DNA of 64,000 bases from Planctomycetota bacterium. GTDB lineage: Bacteria; Planctomycetota; PLA2. The stretch is taken from positions 994 to 64,993 of the forward strand of contig JAPUHK010000024.1 of assembly GCA_027297745.1 (NCBI GenBank). Reading direction: 5' to 3'. The notes under the pieces were generated by a model. That model did no database searches. It saw nothing but the letters and a program-made list of their open reading frames with translations, and was not told where the DNA came from. The translations under genes and the position numbers were made by a program. Shown piece by piece: positions 20,125 through 30,183 of the stretch. The stretch's first letter is position 1. The number at the start of each line of letters is the position of its first letter.

Positions 20125-21065
20125 CGCAGCAAGCACCCTCACGCCCGGGCCGCCCGGCGCACATGGCGCCGCCGGAGCGCTTCGACCCCGAGCTCGAGCG
20201 CACGATCCTCGTGACCAAAGCGGAGTGGCTGATCGACTGGAGCCGCAAGTCCGCCCTCTGGCCGCTCGGCTTCGGTCTCGCCTGCTGCGCGATCGAGATG
20301 ATCTCGACCGCTATGACGCGCTTCGACATCTCGCGTTTCGGCGCCGAGGTGTTCCGCGCCACGCCGCGTCAGGCCGACGTGATGATCGTGGCCGGCACGG
20401 TCACCCACAAGATGGCGCCCCGCGTGCGCCGGCTCTACGACCAGATGTCGGAGCCCAAGTGGGTGATCGCGATGGGCGCCTGCACCGTGGGCGGCGGGCC
20501 CTACTTCGTCTACGGCTACCACGTCGTGAAGGGCGTGGACAAGATCGTCCCCGTCGACATCTACCTGCCCGGCTGCCCGCCGCGCCCGGAAGCCCTGCTC
20601 GAGGCCATCATGCGCCTGCAGGAGCTGGTGCTCTCGCGCAGCAAGCGCATCCAGGGCAAGGATCCGCAGTACACGCCCCCCGAGCCCGGCTCGCGGCAGG
20701 CGGTAGCGGACAACGTCTCGCCCGCCGAGCCGTGGGAGACCGAGAAGGCGCACAAGTTCGACGACCCGAAGCGCGAGCGCGAGGCCCAGGTGCAGGCCGC
20801 GAAGGCGGAAGTCGCCAAGAAGCGCGCCGAGGCTGCTAAGAAGAAGGCCGAGGCCGAGGCCGCCGAGACCGAAGGGGCGCCGAAGCCGGAGGCAAAGGCG
20901 GCCGAAGAGCCCGCAGCGCCCCCGGCGCAACCGGCACCCGCCGAAGAGGGGCCTGCCGCCGAAGCGCCTCCCGCGGCAGAGCCGCAAGGGGAGCGCGAAG
21001 GCGACGCTCCCGAGCAGCCTGATGTGGGGGCCGGCGGCGACGAAGGAAAGGGCGCAGGCGAATGA
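20121..21065 (+). CDS. nuoB: NADH-quinone oxidoreductase subunit B with ~140-aa low-complexity C-terminal extension
   Basis: The ATG overlaps the nuoA stop. Core motifs are [14 protein letters not shown]...[10 protein letters not shown]...[10 protein letters not shown]. An A/E/K/P-rich tail then runs to the stop, which overlaps the nuoC ATG. Confidence 0.9.
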   Translation: MTQQAPSRPGRPAHMAPPERFDPELERTILVTKAEWLIDWSRKSALWPLGFGLACCAIEMISTAMTRFDISRFGAEVFRATPRQADVMIVAGTVTHKMAPRVRRLYDQMSEPKWVIAMGACTVGGGPYFVYGYHVVKGVDKIVPVDIYLPGCPPRPEALLEAIMRLQELVLSRSKRIQGKDPQYTPPEPGSRQAVADNVSPAEPWETEKAHKFDDPKREREAQVQAAKAEVAKKRAEAAKKKAEAEAAETEGAPKPEAKAAEEPAAPPAQPAPAEEGPAAEAPPAAEPQGEREGDAPEQPDVGAGGDEGKGAGE

Positions 21066-21547
21066 CCGTGGCCGAGGCTCTGAAGCAAGCGCTGGGCGAG
21101 GCCGTCGAGGAAGTCGTCGACGAGGGGCCGAACCCCTTCGTGCGCGTCAAGGCTCAGAGCATCGTCGAAGCCTCGCGCGTGCTCAAGGACCAGTGCGGCG
21201 TCGAGATGCTGCACCTGATCAGCGGCGTCGACTACGCCGACCGCATGGAGGTCGTCTACCACTTCGCGACGCTGGGCGCCGCGGGCTCGTCGGATTCCGG
21301 CGTCCCCGCGTCGTTCCCCTGCGTGAAGGTGACGCTGCCGCGCGACAACCCGGTCGTGCCCACGCTGAGCGGCGAGTGGCGCTCCGCCAACTGGATGGAG
21401 CGCGAGACCTGGGACCTGCTCGGCATCCGCTTCGAAGGCCACCCGCATCACTACCGCATCCTTTGCCCCGAGGACTGGGTGGGGCACCCGCTGCGCAAGG
21501 ACTACGTGTTCCCCACCGAGTACCACGGGATCGACTGCACGGAATGA
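21062..21547 (+). CDS. nuoC: NADH-quinone oxidoreductase subunit C
   Basis: [29 protein letters not shown]...HPLRKDY. Confidence 0.9.
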   Translation: MTVAEALKQALGEAVEEVVDEGPNPFVRVKAQSIVEASRVLKDQCGVEMLHLISGVDYADRMEVVYHFATLGAAGSSDSGVPASFPCVKVTLPRDNPVVPTLSGEWRSANWMERETWDLLGIRFEGHPHHYRILCPEDWVGHPLRKDYVFPTEYHGIDCTE

Positions 21548-22716
21548 CCCCTGACATCAAGATCGACCACGACGAGCGGGCGGCTCCGGCGATCCCGCGC
21601 GACGTCCAGACCGAGGAGATGATCTTCAACCTCGGTCCCCAGCACCCGGCTACGCACGGCGTGCTGCGCGTGGTCGTGCGTACCGACGGCGAGATCGTGC
21701 TCGGTTGCCAGCCGCTGATCGGCAACCTGCACCGCTGCGCCGAGAAGATCATCGAGTCGCTCAGCTACGTGCAGGGCCTGCCCTACGTGGACCGCATGGA
21801 CTACCTGGGCTCGCTCAACAACGAGCTGGGCATCGCGCTGGTGGTGGAGAAGGCGGCGGGCATCGAGGTGCCCAAGCGCGGCCAGTACCTGCGCGTGATC
21901 ACCTGCGAGATCAACCGCGTCATCAGCCACCTGTTCAGCGCCGGGCAGTTCGGCCTCGACATGGGCGCTTTCACGCCCTTCCTGTACATGTTTCGCGAGC
22001 GGGAGGAGGGCATCCTGCTGCTCAACGAGATCACGGGCGGCCGGCTCCTGTACCACTACATCCGCTACGGGGGCGTCACGCGCGACGCGCCGGAGGGCTG
22101 GCTCGGGCGGGTCGTGAAGTGGTGCGACGTGGTCGACGGGCACCTCGACGAATACAACAACCTGCTCACGTACAACCGCATTTTCCTGAACCGCACCTGC
22201 GGCGTGGCCCTGTTGCAGAAGGATGTTTGTCTGAAATACGCCGCCACGGGGCCGATCCTGCGCGGCGCGGGCATAAAGCGCGATCTGCGCAAGGACATGC
22301 CCTACTCGAGCTACGAGGACTTCGACTTCGAGATCCCCGTGGGGCCCTTCGAGCACGGCGTGGCCGGCGACAGCTGGAACCGGCACCGCCAGCGGCTGTA
22401 CGAGATCGAGGAGAGCCTGAAGATCATCCGCCAGGCGTGCGCGAACCTCCCCGACGGCGACGTCGGCAACCGCAAGGTGACGCGCGCCTGGAAGGCGCCC
22501 CCGGGTGAGGCCTACGTGGCCACGGAAGCGCCGCGCGGCGAGCTGTCGTTCTATTTCATCTCCGACGGCGGCCGGAAACCGTACCGCATGAAGGCGCGCG
22601 GGCCGTCCTTCAACAACATCGCCGTTCTGGAGACGGAGGCGCGCGGCCTGATGCTGGCCGACCTGATCGCGCTGATCGGATCGGTCGACATCACGCTGGG
22701 GGAGGTGGACCGGTGA
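21544..22716 (+). CDS. nuoD: NADH-quinone oxidoreductase subunit D
   Basis: [20 protein letters not shown]...[15 protein letters not shown]...[12 protein letters not shown]. Confidence 0.95.
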   Translation: MTPDIKIDHDERAAPAIPRDVQTEEMIFNLGPQHPATHGVLRVVVRTDGEIVLGCQPLIGNLHRCAEKIIESLSYVQGLPYVDRMDYLGSLNNELGIALVVEKAAGIEVPKRGQYLRVITCEINRVISHLFSAGQFGLDMGAFTPFLYMFREREEGILLLNEITGGRLLYHYIRYGGVTRDAPEGWLGRVVKWCDVVDGHLDEYNNLLTYNRIFLNRTCGVALLQKDVCLKYAATGPILRGAGIKRDLRKDMPYSSYEDFDFEIPVGPFEHGVAGDSWNRHRQRLYEIEESLKIIRQACANLPDGDVGNRKVTRAWKAPPGEAYVATEAPRGELSFYFISDGGRKPYRMKARGPSFNNIAVLETEARGLMLADLIALIGSVDITLGEVDR

Positions 22717-23813
22717 TCGCCGCGGCGCAGCCGGTCAGCACCGCCATCGCGGACTTCCTCGCGGAACTGGTCGGCATGCCGCCCAACTGGTTCTTCAGCG
22801 CGATCGCCATGCTGCTCGTGGCGACGGGGGTGCTGATGCTGGTGGTCACGCCCGTGGGGCTTGGCGGCGTGTACATCGAGCGCAAGTTCGCCGGGCGCAT
22901 GCAGAACCGCCGCGGCCCGAACCGTGTCGGTCCTTACGGGCTGCTGCAGACGCTGGCCGACGGCGTGAAGCTGCTGGCCAAAGAGGACATCATCGCGCCG
23001 AGCACGGATGCGCCGCTGTTCCGGCTGGCGCCCTACGTGGTGTTCATCGGCGCCTTCACCGGGTTCGTGGTGCTGCCGTACGCGCCGGGCATCGTGGCCG
23101 GGCCGCTGGACGTCGGCGTGCTCCTCTTCCTGGCGTTGATCGCCTTCGAGACGATCGGCATCGTCATGGCGGGCTGGTCCAGCAACAACAAGTGGAGCCT
23201 GCTCGGCGGCATGCGCGAGGTGGCGCAGGTCGTCAGTTACGAGTTGCCGCTCGGCATCGCCGCCATGTGCCCCGTGATCGCGGCCGGCACGATGTCCTTG
23301 AACGGCATCACGGATTACCAGGGCGGCGGCGGCATCTTCGGCTGGCTGATCCTGCGTAACGGGTACTGGGCTGTGGTGATGGTCCCGGCCTTCCTGATCT
23401 TCTATGTCTCCGGCCTGGCCGCCGCCAAGCGCGCGCCCTTCGACCTTCCGGAGGCGGAGTCGGAGCTGGTCGCCGGCTTCCACACCGAGTACTCGGGCAT
23501 GCGCTTCGGCATGTTCTTCCTGCCCGAGTACGCGCTGATGCTGTCCATATCGGGTGTGACCAGCGTGCTGTTCCTCGGCGGCTATCACGATCCCTTCGGG
23601 CTGAGCGGCCCCGGCGGCACGTTCCACGACGTGTGGTGGTGGGGCCTTCTGTGGTTCTTCCTGAAGACCACGTTCCTGTTCCTGAGTCAGATCTGCCTGC
23701 GTTGGACGCTGCCGCGCATGCGCATCGACCAGGTTATGTACCTCTGCTACAAGGTGCTGCTTCCCGCAAGCCTGGCGTGCCTGGTCGGGACCGCAGCGCT
23801 GAGGTTGCTGTAG
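22713..23813 (+). CDS. nuoH: NADH-quinone oxidoreductase subunit H
   Basis: ERKFAGRMQNRRGPNRVGPYGLLQTLADGVKLL...APFDLPEAESELVAGFHTEYSGMRF. It starts 4 nt inside the nuoD stop, which leaves no room for nuoEFG. Confidence 0.95.
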   Translation: MIAAAQPVSTAIADFLAELVGMPPNWFFSAIAMLLVATGVLMLVVTPVGLGGVYIERKFAGRMQNRRGPNRVGPYGLLQTLADGVKLLAKEDIIAPSTDAPLFRLAPYVVFIGAFTGFVVLPYAPGIVAGPLDVGVLLFLALIAFETIGIVMAGWSSNNKWSLLGGMREVAQVVSYELPLGIAAMCPVIAAGTMSLNGITDYQGGGGIFGWLILRNGYWAVVMVPAFLIFYVSGLAAAKRAPFDLPEAESELVAGFHTEYSGMRFGMFFLPEYALMLSISGVTSVLFLGGYHDPFGLSGPGGTFHDVWWWGLLWFFLKTTFLFLSQICLRWTLPRMRIDQVMYLCYKVLLPASLACLVGTAALRLL

Positions 23814-23815
23814 TC

Positions 23816-24283
23816 ATGAAAAACTGGTTCGCACGCATCTGGCACGGTCTCAAGACGACGCTGATCGGGCTGAGCATCACGGTGCCCTACCTGTTCCGCA
23901 AGCCCTACACGCTGCAGTACCCCGAAGAGGTGCCCGACATCCCGGAGACGGAGCGCGGGCTGCACAACTTCGAGATCGACAAGTGCATCGCGTGCTACCA
24001 GTGCGCCAAGATCTGCCCCGTCGACTGCATCGCGATCGAGGACGAGATCAAGGGCAAGAACGCGGTACTGCTCAAGTTCGAGATCGACTACACGAAGTGC
24101 CTGTTCTGCGCGCTGTGCTGCGAGCCCTGCCCGACGGAGTGCATCCTCATGGGGCCCACGTTCGACCTCGTCGGCTACACGCGGGACGAGGTGATCATCG
24201 ACTACGCGGATCGCGAGAATCCGCGCACCTGGAGCGCGGGGGAGCAGATCCCCTATCCGATCGCGTCGTTCGCGAGGAAGTGA
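23816..24283 (+). CDS. nuoI: NADH-quinone oxidoreductase subunit I (2x[4Fe-4S])
   Basis: CIACYQCAKICP and CLFCALCCEPCP. Confidence 0.95.
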   Translation: MKNWFARIWHGLKTTLIGLSITVPYLFRKPYTLQYPEEVPDIPETERGLHNFEIDKCIACYQCAKICPVDCIAIEDEIKGKNAVLLKFEIDYTKCLFCALCCEPCPTECILMGPTFDLVGYTRDEVIIDYADRENPRTWSAGEQIPYPIASFARK

Positions 24284-24287
24284 TCCG

Positions 24288-24785
24288 ATGAGCCCGGAGC
24301 CGCTTCTCTTCTGGATCTTCGCCTCCGTGTGCGTCGTCGGCGGCCTCATGGCCGTGCTGCTGCCGCGCATCGTGCACGCCGTCTTCAGCCTGTTCCTGTG
24401 CTTCTGTGGCGTGGCCGCGATCTACGCGGTGGCGGGCGCCGACTTCCTGGCCGTCGCGCAGCTCGTGATCTACGTCGGCGGCGTGATCATCCTGTTCAGC
24501 TTCGGCATCCTGCTCACGGGCCGCACGGCGACCTCGCTGGGCCCGAAGGAGGTGCGCAACCGCCCGTTCGGCGTGGCGCTGGGCGCGGCGCTGTTCCTCG
24601 GGCTCATGTCCGCCATCTCCGCCGGCGGCTTCAAGGTGGGCACAGCGGACGTCGGCGAGCCCACGACCGAGAGCATCGGCAAGCTGTTGCTCGGCGACTA
24701 CATCATCGCCTTCGAGTTCGCCTCGGTGTTGCTGCTCGTGGCGCTGGTGGGGGCCGCCTTCCTGGTGCGGAGGACGCAGACGTGA
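24288..24785 (+). CDS. nuoJ: NADH-quinone oxidoreductase subunit J
   Basis: FLAVAQLVIYVGGVIILFSFGILL and a C-terminal FEFASVLLLVALVGA. Confidence 0.9.
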   Translation: MSPEPLLFWIFASVCVVGGLMAVLLPRIVHAVFSLFLCFCGVAAIYAVAGADFLAVAQLVIYVGGVIILFSFGILLTGRTATSLGPKEVRNRPFGVALGAALFLGLMSAISAGGFKVGTADVGEPTTESIGKLLLGDYIIAFEFASVLLLVALVGAAFLVRRTQT

Positions 24786-25087
24786 GCATCAGTCTCTACC
24801 ACTACCTCGGCCTCGGCGCAGCGCTGTTCGCGATCGGCGTGATCGGCGTGGTCACGCGCCGCAACGCGATCGGCCTGCTGATCGGCGTCGAGCTGATCCT
24901 CAACGCCGCCAACATCAACCTGGTCGGCTTCAGCCGTTTCAGCGGAAAGCTGGAGCCCCAGGTCTTCGCCCTGTTCGTCATCGTCCTGGCCGCCGCGGAG
25001 GCGGCTGTGGCCCTGGCCATCGTTCTGCAGCTGTTCGACAAGCGCAAGGACGTGGACGTGGACCGCGCCAGCGCGCTCAAGGGGTGA
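24782..25087 (+). CDS. nuoK: NADH-quinone oxidoreductase subunit K
   Basis: GTG start overlaps the nuoJ stop. GLLIGVELILNAANINLV...VLAAAEAAVALAIVL. Confidence 0.9.
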   Translation: MSISLYHYLGLGAALFAIGVIGVVTRRNAIGLLIGVELILNAANINLVGFSRFSGKLEPQVFALFVIVLAAAEAAVALAIVLQLFDKRKDVDVDRASALKG

Positions 25088-25097
25088 CGCCGAAGTC

Positions 25098-27056
25098 ATG
25101 ATGCACGCCCTTCCCTCCTACGCCGTCTGGATCGTGCTGGCGCCCGCGCTGGCCGCGCTCTTGCAGAACTTTTGCGGCAAGCTGCTGCCGCGCAAGGGCG
25201 ACTGGCTCGTCGTGGGCGGCATGGGCGTCTCGCTCGCGCTGTCGCTGATGGTGCTGATGGAGTGGAGGGCCCTCGATCCGGGCCACTACTTCGAAGGCAG
25301 CGTCACCTGGTTCCAGTTGACGGGCGGCATCTCGTTCTCCGTCGGCATCGTGATCGACGGCCTGACCGCGGCCATGCTGATCGTGGTCACGCTGGTCTCG
25401 CTGCTCGTGTTCGTGTTCTCGATGGGCTACATGAAGGGCGACCGGCACTACGACCGCTTCTTCTTCTGGCTCTCGTTCTTCAGCACCTCGATGCTGATCC
25501 TGGTGGTGGCCGACAACCTGCTGCTGCTGTTCGTCGGCTGGGAGCTGGTGGGGCTTTGCAGCTACAAGCTGATCGGCTTCTGGGGCCAGGACCTGGCCAA
25601 CGCGGAGGCGGCCAAGAAGGCCTTCATCACCACCCGCGTGGGCGACGTCGGGATGCTGATCGGCATCCTCATGATGTACAAGGCCTGCGGCACGCTCTCG
25701 TTGCAGGGCGTGTTCGCGCAGGTGCAGGCCGGAGCGATCCAGGGCAGCGCGCTGACCTGGGCCGGCATCGCGCTGTTCCTCGGCGCGGTCGGCAAGTCGG
25801 CGCAGTTCCCGCTGCACGTCTGGCTGCCGGACGCCATGGCGGGCCCGACGCCTGTCAGCGCGCTGATCCACGCGGCCACGATGGTGGCGGCGGGGGTCTA
25901 CTTCGCGGCGCGCATGTTCCCGATCTTCACGCCGCAGGCGCTGTACTTCATCGCCTGGACGGGCGGTGTGACCGCGCTGCTGGCGGCGCTCATCGCGGTC
26001 ACGCAGACGGACATAAAGAAGGTGCTGGCCTACTCCACGATCAGCCAGCTCGGCTACATGATCCTCGGCGTCGGCGTGGGCGCTCCGTGGGCGGCCATGT
26101 TCCACCTGTGCACGCACGCCATGTTCAAGGCCTGCCTGTTCCTCGGCTCCGGCTCCGTGATCCACGCCATGCATCACACCCAGGAGCTCGAGGACATGGG
26201 CGGCCTGCGCAAGAAGATGCCGGTCACCTTCTGGACCTTCGTGGTCAGCACGCTCGCGCTGGCCGGCATCCCCTTGTTCAGCGGCTTCATGTCGAAGGAC
26301 GCAATCCTGTTCGAGGCGTTGCACAGCGGGCAGACGGCGCTGTTCGCGATCGGGCTCGGTGCCGCCTTCCTGACCGCTTTCTACATGACGCGCATGCTGT
26401 GGCTGTGCTTCATGGGCGAGCCGCGCAACCGGGAGAAGCACGACCACGCGCACGAGTCGCCCGTGAGCATGACGCTGCCGCTGGTCGTGCTGGCACTGCT
26501 CTCGATCGGGATCTTCTGGGGCGGGTTCGCGGACGACTATTTCACGACGCCCGCCTACCACGCGGACTACCCGCAGACGGCGGAGGTGGCGGCGGCTTAT
26601 GCGCCAGCGGGAGAGGTGCGCGCTCATCCACACCACCCGGTGTGGTTCCTGCTGCTGGCGAGCGCGATGGGTCTCGGCGGCATCGCGCTGGGCATCGCGC
26701 TGTTCCGCTCCGGCAAGCGGGACCAGGACACGGTGCTCTTGCCCGAAGGGCTGCACCGCACGGCGAAGAACAAGTACTACCTCGACGACCTCTACCTGGG
26801 CTGGGGCTTCGTCGGGCTCGGTGACACGCTCAGCCGTTGGAGCCGCGTGGCCGACGACCGCGCGGTCGACGGCGCGGTCAACGGTGTCGGCAGCGCGGGC
26901 GTGACCGTCGCCGAGATCAGCGGGGACGCGGACCAGGTCATCGTGGACGGCGCTGTCAACCTGGTCGCGGACGCCACGGACGCGGTAGGCGGCGTGGCCA
27001 GTAGCGCGCAGACGGGGCGCATTCGGAACTACCTGGGAGCAGCACGACGGTCGTGA
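25098..27056 (+). CDS. nuoL: NADH-quinone oxidoreductase subunit L
   Basis: FVGWELVGLCSY...GKSAQFPLHVWLPDAMAGPTPVSALIHAATMVAAG. Confidence 0.95.
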   Translation: MMHALPSYAVWIVLAPALAALLQNFCGKLLPRKGDWLVVGGMGVSLALSLMVLMEWRALDPGHYFEGSVTWFQLTGGISFSVGIVIDGLTAAMLIVVTLVSLLVFVFSMGYMKGDRHYDRFFFWLSFFSTSMLILVVADNLLLLFVGWELVGLCSYKLIGFWGQDLANAEAAKKAFITTRVGDVGMLIGILMMYKACGTLSLQGVFAQVQAGAIQGSALTWAGIALFLGAVGKSAQFPLHVWLPDAMAGPTPVSALIHAATMVAAGVYFAARMFPIFTPQALYFIAWTGGVTALLAALIAVTQTDIKKVLAYSTISQLGYMILGVGVGAPWAAMFHLCTHAMFKACLFLGSGSVIHAMHHTQELEDMGGLRKKMPVTFWTFVVSTLALAGIPLFSGFMSKDAILFEALHSGQTALFAIGLGAAFLTAFYMTRMLWLCFMGEPRNREKHDHAHESPVSMTLPLVVLALLSIGIFWGGFADDYFTTPAYHADYPQTAEVAAAYAPAGEVRAHPHHPVWFLLLASAMGLGGIALGIALFRSGKRDQDTVLLPEGLHRTAKNKYYLDDLYLGWGFVGLGDTLSRWSRVADDRAVDGAVNGVGSAGVTVAEISGDADQVIVDGAVNLVADATDAVGGVASSAQTGRIRNYLGAARRS

Positions 27057-27073
27057 TTCTGCTTTAGGAAACG

Positions 27074-28624
27074 ATGAACGAACTCACGTATGCGATCTTC
27101 CTCCCGCTGGTCGGGATGCTGGCGGTGCTCTTGACCAACAAGGAGAAGCCGCAGCAGGCGCGCGTGGTCGGCTTCCTGTTCACGCTCGTCACCTTCGGGC
27201 TGTGCACCCTGGTGGCGCTGCAGTGCTTCAACGCGGGCGACGTGGACGGCTACCACTACCGCGTCCAGGCAGTGTGGATCGACCTCGGCGGCAGCTTCCA
27301 GGTGCACTACTCGATCGGCGTGGACGGCCTCAGCGGCATGCTGATCTTCCTGACGGGGCTGCTGGGCGTGTGCGCCGCGCTGGCGTCGTGGAACATCAAG
27401 CAGGGCACGCGCGGCTACTGGGCCATGTTCCTGCTCTTGCACACGGGCGTGATCGGCACCTTCGCCTCGCTGGACCTGTTCCTGTTCTACGTCTTCTGGG
27501 AGATCGTGCTCCTGCCGATGTACTTCCTGATCGGCGTGTGGGGCGGCCCGCGGCGCAGGTACGCGGCGATCAAGTTCTTCCTGTACACGCTGTTCGGCTC
27601 GGTCTTCCTGCTGGCCGGCATCCTGGTCACCTACTTCGCGCTGACGGCCACGGGGTCCGGCTTCGCCGGCAACCCATTCAGCATTCCAGAGATCACGGCC
27701 TACGCGAGGGTGACGGACAACATCATGGCGCCCTTCGGCGAGAGCGCGCACACGATCGCGACGCTCGTGTTCTGGGGCCTGTTCGTCGCCTTCGCGATCA
27801 AGGTGCCAGTCTTCCCGTTCCACACGTGGTTGCCGGACGCCCACGTCGAGGCGCCGACGCCCATCTCCGTGATCCTGGCGGGCATCCTGCTGAAGCTCGG
27901 CGCGTACGGCATGCTGCGCATCGGGTTCCCGTTCTTCCCAAAGATCTTGCACGAGATGGCCTTCTATCTCGGCGTGCTGGGAATGATCAACATCATCTAC
28001 GGCGCGCTGGTGGCCATGGCGCAGACCGACTTCAAGCGGCTCGTGGCCTACTCGTCGGTCTCGCACATGGGCTTCGTCATCCTCGGCTTCGCCGCGATGA
28101 CGCCGGAATCGCTGAACGGCGCGATCCTGATGATGTTCAACCACGGCACGATCAGCGGCCTGTTGTTCCTGGTGGTGGGCGTCGTGTACGACCGCGCGCA
28201 TCACCGCGACCTGGGACGTTTCGGCGGGCTGATGTGGAACATGCCGATCTACGCCGCAATCAGCGGCGTGGCAATCTTCGCCTCGCTCGGCCTGCCCGGC
28301 TTGAGCGGTTTCATCGGCGAGATACTGACCCTCCTCGGGTCCTTCAAGACGACCTTCTACGAGCACGCCGGCCTGATCACGGTCGTGTGCACGATCGGCC
28401 TGGTGTTGACCGCGGCCTACTACCTGCGGGCGCTGCAGCGCGTCTTTTTGGGCGAGACCAACCCTGAGTGCGAGTCGTTCCCCGACGTCGACACGCGCGA
28501 GATCGGCTCGATGGTGCCGCTCCTGGTGCCGACGATCGTCTTCGGCATCTATCCCGCGCCGCTGATCGACCTGATCCAGGGTCCCGTGAGTAGCCTCGTG
28601 CTGATGGTGAAGAGTCTGGGCTGA
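27074..28624 (+). CDS. nuoM: NADH-quinone oxidoreductase subunit M
   Basis: FVFWEIVLLPMYFLIGVWGG...FPFHTWLPDAHVEAPTPISVILAGILLKLG. Confidence 0.95.
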   Translation: MNELTYAIFLPLVGMLAVLLTNKEKPQQARVVGFLFTLVTFGLCTLVALQCFNAGDVDGYHYRVQAVWIDLGGSFQVHYSIGVDGLSGMLIFLTGLLGVCAALASWNIKQGTRGYWAMFLLLHTGVIGTFASLDLFLFYVFWEIVLLPMYFLIGVWGGPRRRYAAIKFFLYTLFGSVFLLAGILVTYFALTATGSGFAGNPFSIPEITAYARVTDNIMAPFGESAHTIATLVFWGLFVAFAIKVPVFPFHTWLPDAHVEAPTPISVILAGILLKLGAYGMLRIGFPFFPKILHEMAFYLGVLGMINIIYGALVAMAQTDFKRLVAYSSVSHMGFVILGFAAMTPESLNGAILMMFNHGTISGLLFLVVGVVYDRAHHRDLGRFGGLMWNMPIYAAISGVAIFASLGLPGLSGFIGEILTLLGSFKTTFYEHAGLITVVCTIGLVLTAAYYLRALQRVFLGETNPECESFPDVDTREIGSMVPLLVPTIVFGIYPAPLIDLIQGPVSSLVLMVKSLG

Positions 28625-30183
28625 TGCTGCTGGGTGCGGAAGCCTTTATCCCCGACGTCTCGGCGTTGTTCAGCCACTTCGGCGCGGAAGTCGTGCTGGC
28701 GTTGGGGATCCCCTTGCTCCTCGTGGCGGACCTGTTCACCCGCCGCAACAAGGAGTCGGTCACCGGCGCTCTCTCGCTGGTGCTGTTGACCGTCGCCCTC
28801 GTGCTCGGGCTCTGGCAGGACTCCTCCAGCAGCGTCGGTCTGACGAGCCTCTTGCGCGCGGACGGGCTGGCCAAGGGCTTCCGCGTGATCGCGCTGGCCA
28901 GCGGCGTGATCACCGCGGTGGCAGCACTGCGCGGCGGTGACGCGGTGCGCCACCGGACGGAGTTCTTCGTGCTCCTGATGGGGGCCGTACTCGGCGCCTG
29001 CCTCACGGCGGCCGCGAACGAGATGGCCATGCTGTACCTCGCGATCGAGACGCTGTCGATCGCCGGGTACCTGCTGGCCGGCTTCAAGCGGCGCGATCCG
29101 CAGGGCTCGGAGGCCGCGCTGAAGTACATCATCTTCGGCGCCATCTCCTCCGGCATGATGCTGTACGGCCTGACCTTGCTGTACGGCTTCGGCGGGACGA
29201 GCCTCTTGACCACGCCGCCGGGCGCCCCTGAAGGCACCGTTTCGCTGCAGTCCTATCTGCAAGAGAACGCCTCGGCGCTCGCCATGAAGCCCGCCTTCAT
29301 CGCCGCCGTGGTGCTGGTGTTCGCGGGCCTGGCCTACAAGATCGCCGCGGCGCCGTTCCATTTCTGGTGCCCCGACGTCTACCAGGGCGCGCCCACCTCG
29401 GTGGCGGGTTTCCTGGCCGTTGCCGGAAAGGGCGCCGGGCTGGCCGCCTTCATCCGCATCGTGCAGGCCGTCACCGGCGGCGCCGGCGACCACATCACGG
29501 ACCTCTTGGCCAGGCACAACGACGTGATCCGCACGGTGCTGATCGGCATGTCGATCGCGACCATGACGATCGGGAACGTAGCCGCGCTGCGCCAGCGCAA
29601 CGCCAAGCGGATTCTGGCCTACAGCGCCATCGCGCACGCGGGCTACATCCTGATGGGTCTCACGGTCACCAGCCGCGCGGGCGCGACGGCCATGCTCTTC
29701 TACATGGGCGTCTACGTGTTCATGACGTTCGGCGCCTTCTTCATGGTGGCGCTCGTGGAGCGCGAAAAGGGTAGCTGCGACCTGTCGGCCTTCGAGGGGC
29801 TCGGGTTCCGTGCGCCCTTCTTCGCCGTGTCCTTCGCGATCGTGCTGATCAGCCTGACGGGCCTGCCGCCGACCGGCGGCTTTTGGGCCAAGGTGTTCCT
29901 GTTCGAGGGCGTGTTCAGCTACGGCGGCGCGCACTCCTCGAGCCTGTACCTGTGGTTCGGCGTGATCGGCCTGCTCAACGGGGTCATCTCGCTGGTCTAC
30001 TACGCCCGCTTCCTGAAGGCCATGTACCTGGCCGACCCGGAGCACAACACCGGCTCCGGGCTGGAGCTCGGCCTGGCGGACAAGAGCATGGTGTTCGCCA
30101 TGACGCTGCCGCAGCTGGTGCTCGGCGTGATGTTCGCTGGGCTCTACGAGACGGCGCAGCTTCTGGTCGTGGATCTCTTCTGA
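28624..30183 (+). CDS. nuoN: NADH-quinone oxidoreductase subunit N
   Basis: YLAIETLSIAGYLL...AAAPFHFWCPDVYQGAPTSVAGFLAV. Confidence 0.95.
   Translation: MLLGAEAFIPDVSALFSHFGAEVVLALGIPLLLVADLFTRRNKESVTGALSLVLLTVALVLGLWQDSSSSVGLTSLLRADGLAKGFRVIALASGVITAVAALRGGDAVRHRTEFFVLLMGAVLGACLTAAANEMAMLYLAIETLSIAGYLLAGFKRRDPQGSEAALKYIIFGAISSGMMLYGLTLLYGFGGTSLLTTPPGAPEGTVSLQSYLQENASALAMKPAFIAAVVLVFAGLAYKIAAAPFHFWCPDVYQGAPTSVAGFLAVAGKGAGLAAFIRIVQAVTGGAGDHITDLLARHNDVIRTVLIGMSIATMTIGNVAALRQRNAKRILAYSAIAHAGYILMGLTVTSRAGATAMLFYMGVYVFMTFGAFFMVALVEREKGSCDLSAFEGLGFRAPFFAVSFAIVLISLTGLPPTGGFWAKVFLFEGVFSYGGAHSSSLYLWFGVIGLLNGVISLVYYARFLKAMYLADPEHNTGSGLELGLADKSMVFAMTLPQLVLGVMFAGLYETAQLLVVDLF

Noticed and set aside
20640-21062. 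NuoB tail as a separate gene
   Set aside because: It is in the same frame as the NuoB core with no intervening stop or start context. It ends in the ATGA overlap with nuoC.
19335-21065. 576-aa ORF taken as one gene
   Set aside because: The N-terminal ~260 aa are antisense to the orphan nuoB and an alternate frame of nuoA. The true NuoB starts at ATG 20121, coupled to the nuoA stop.
25077-26756. 559-aa minus-strand ORF, with similar ORFs at 27029-28366 and 28549-30198
   Set aside because: They are antisense to nuoL, nuoM and nuoN.
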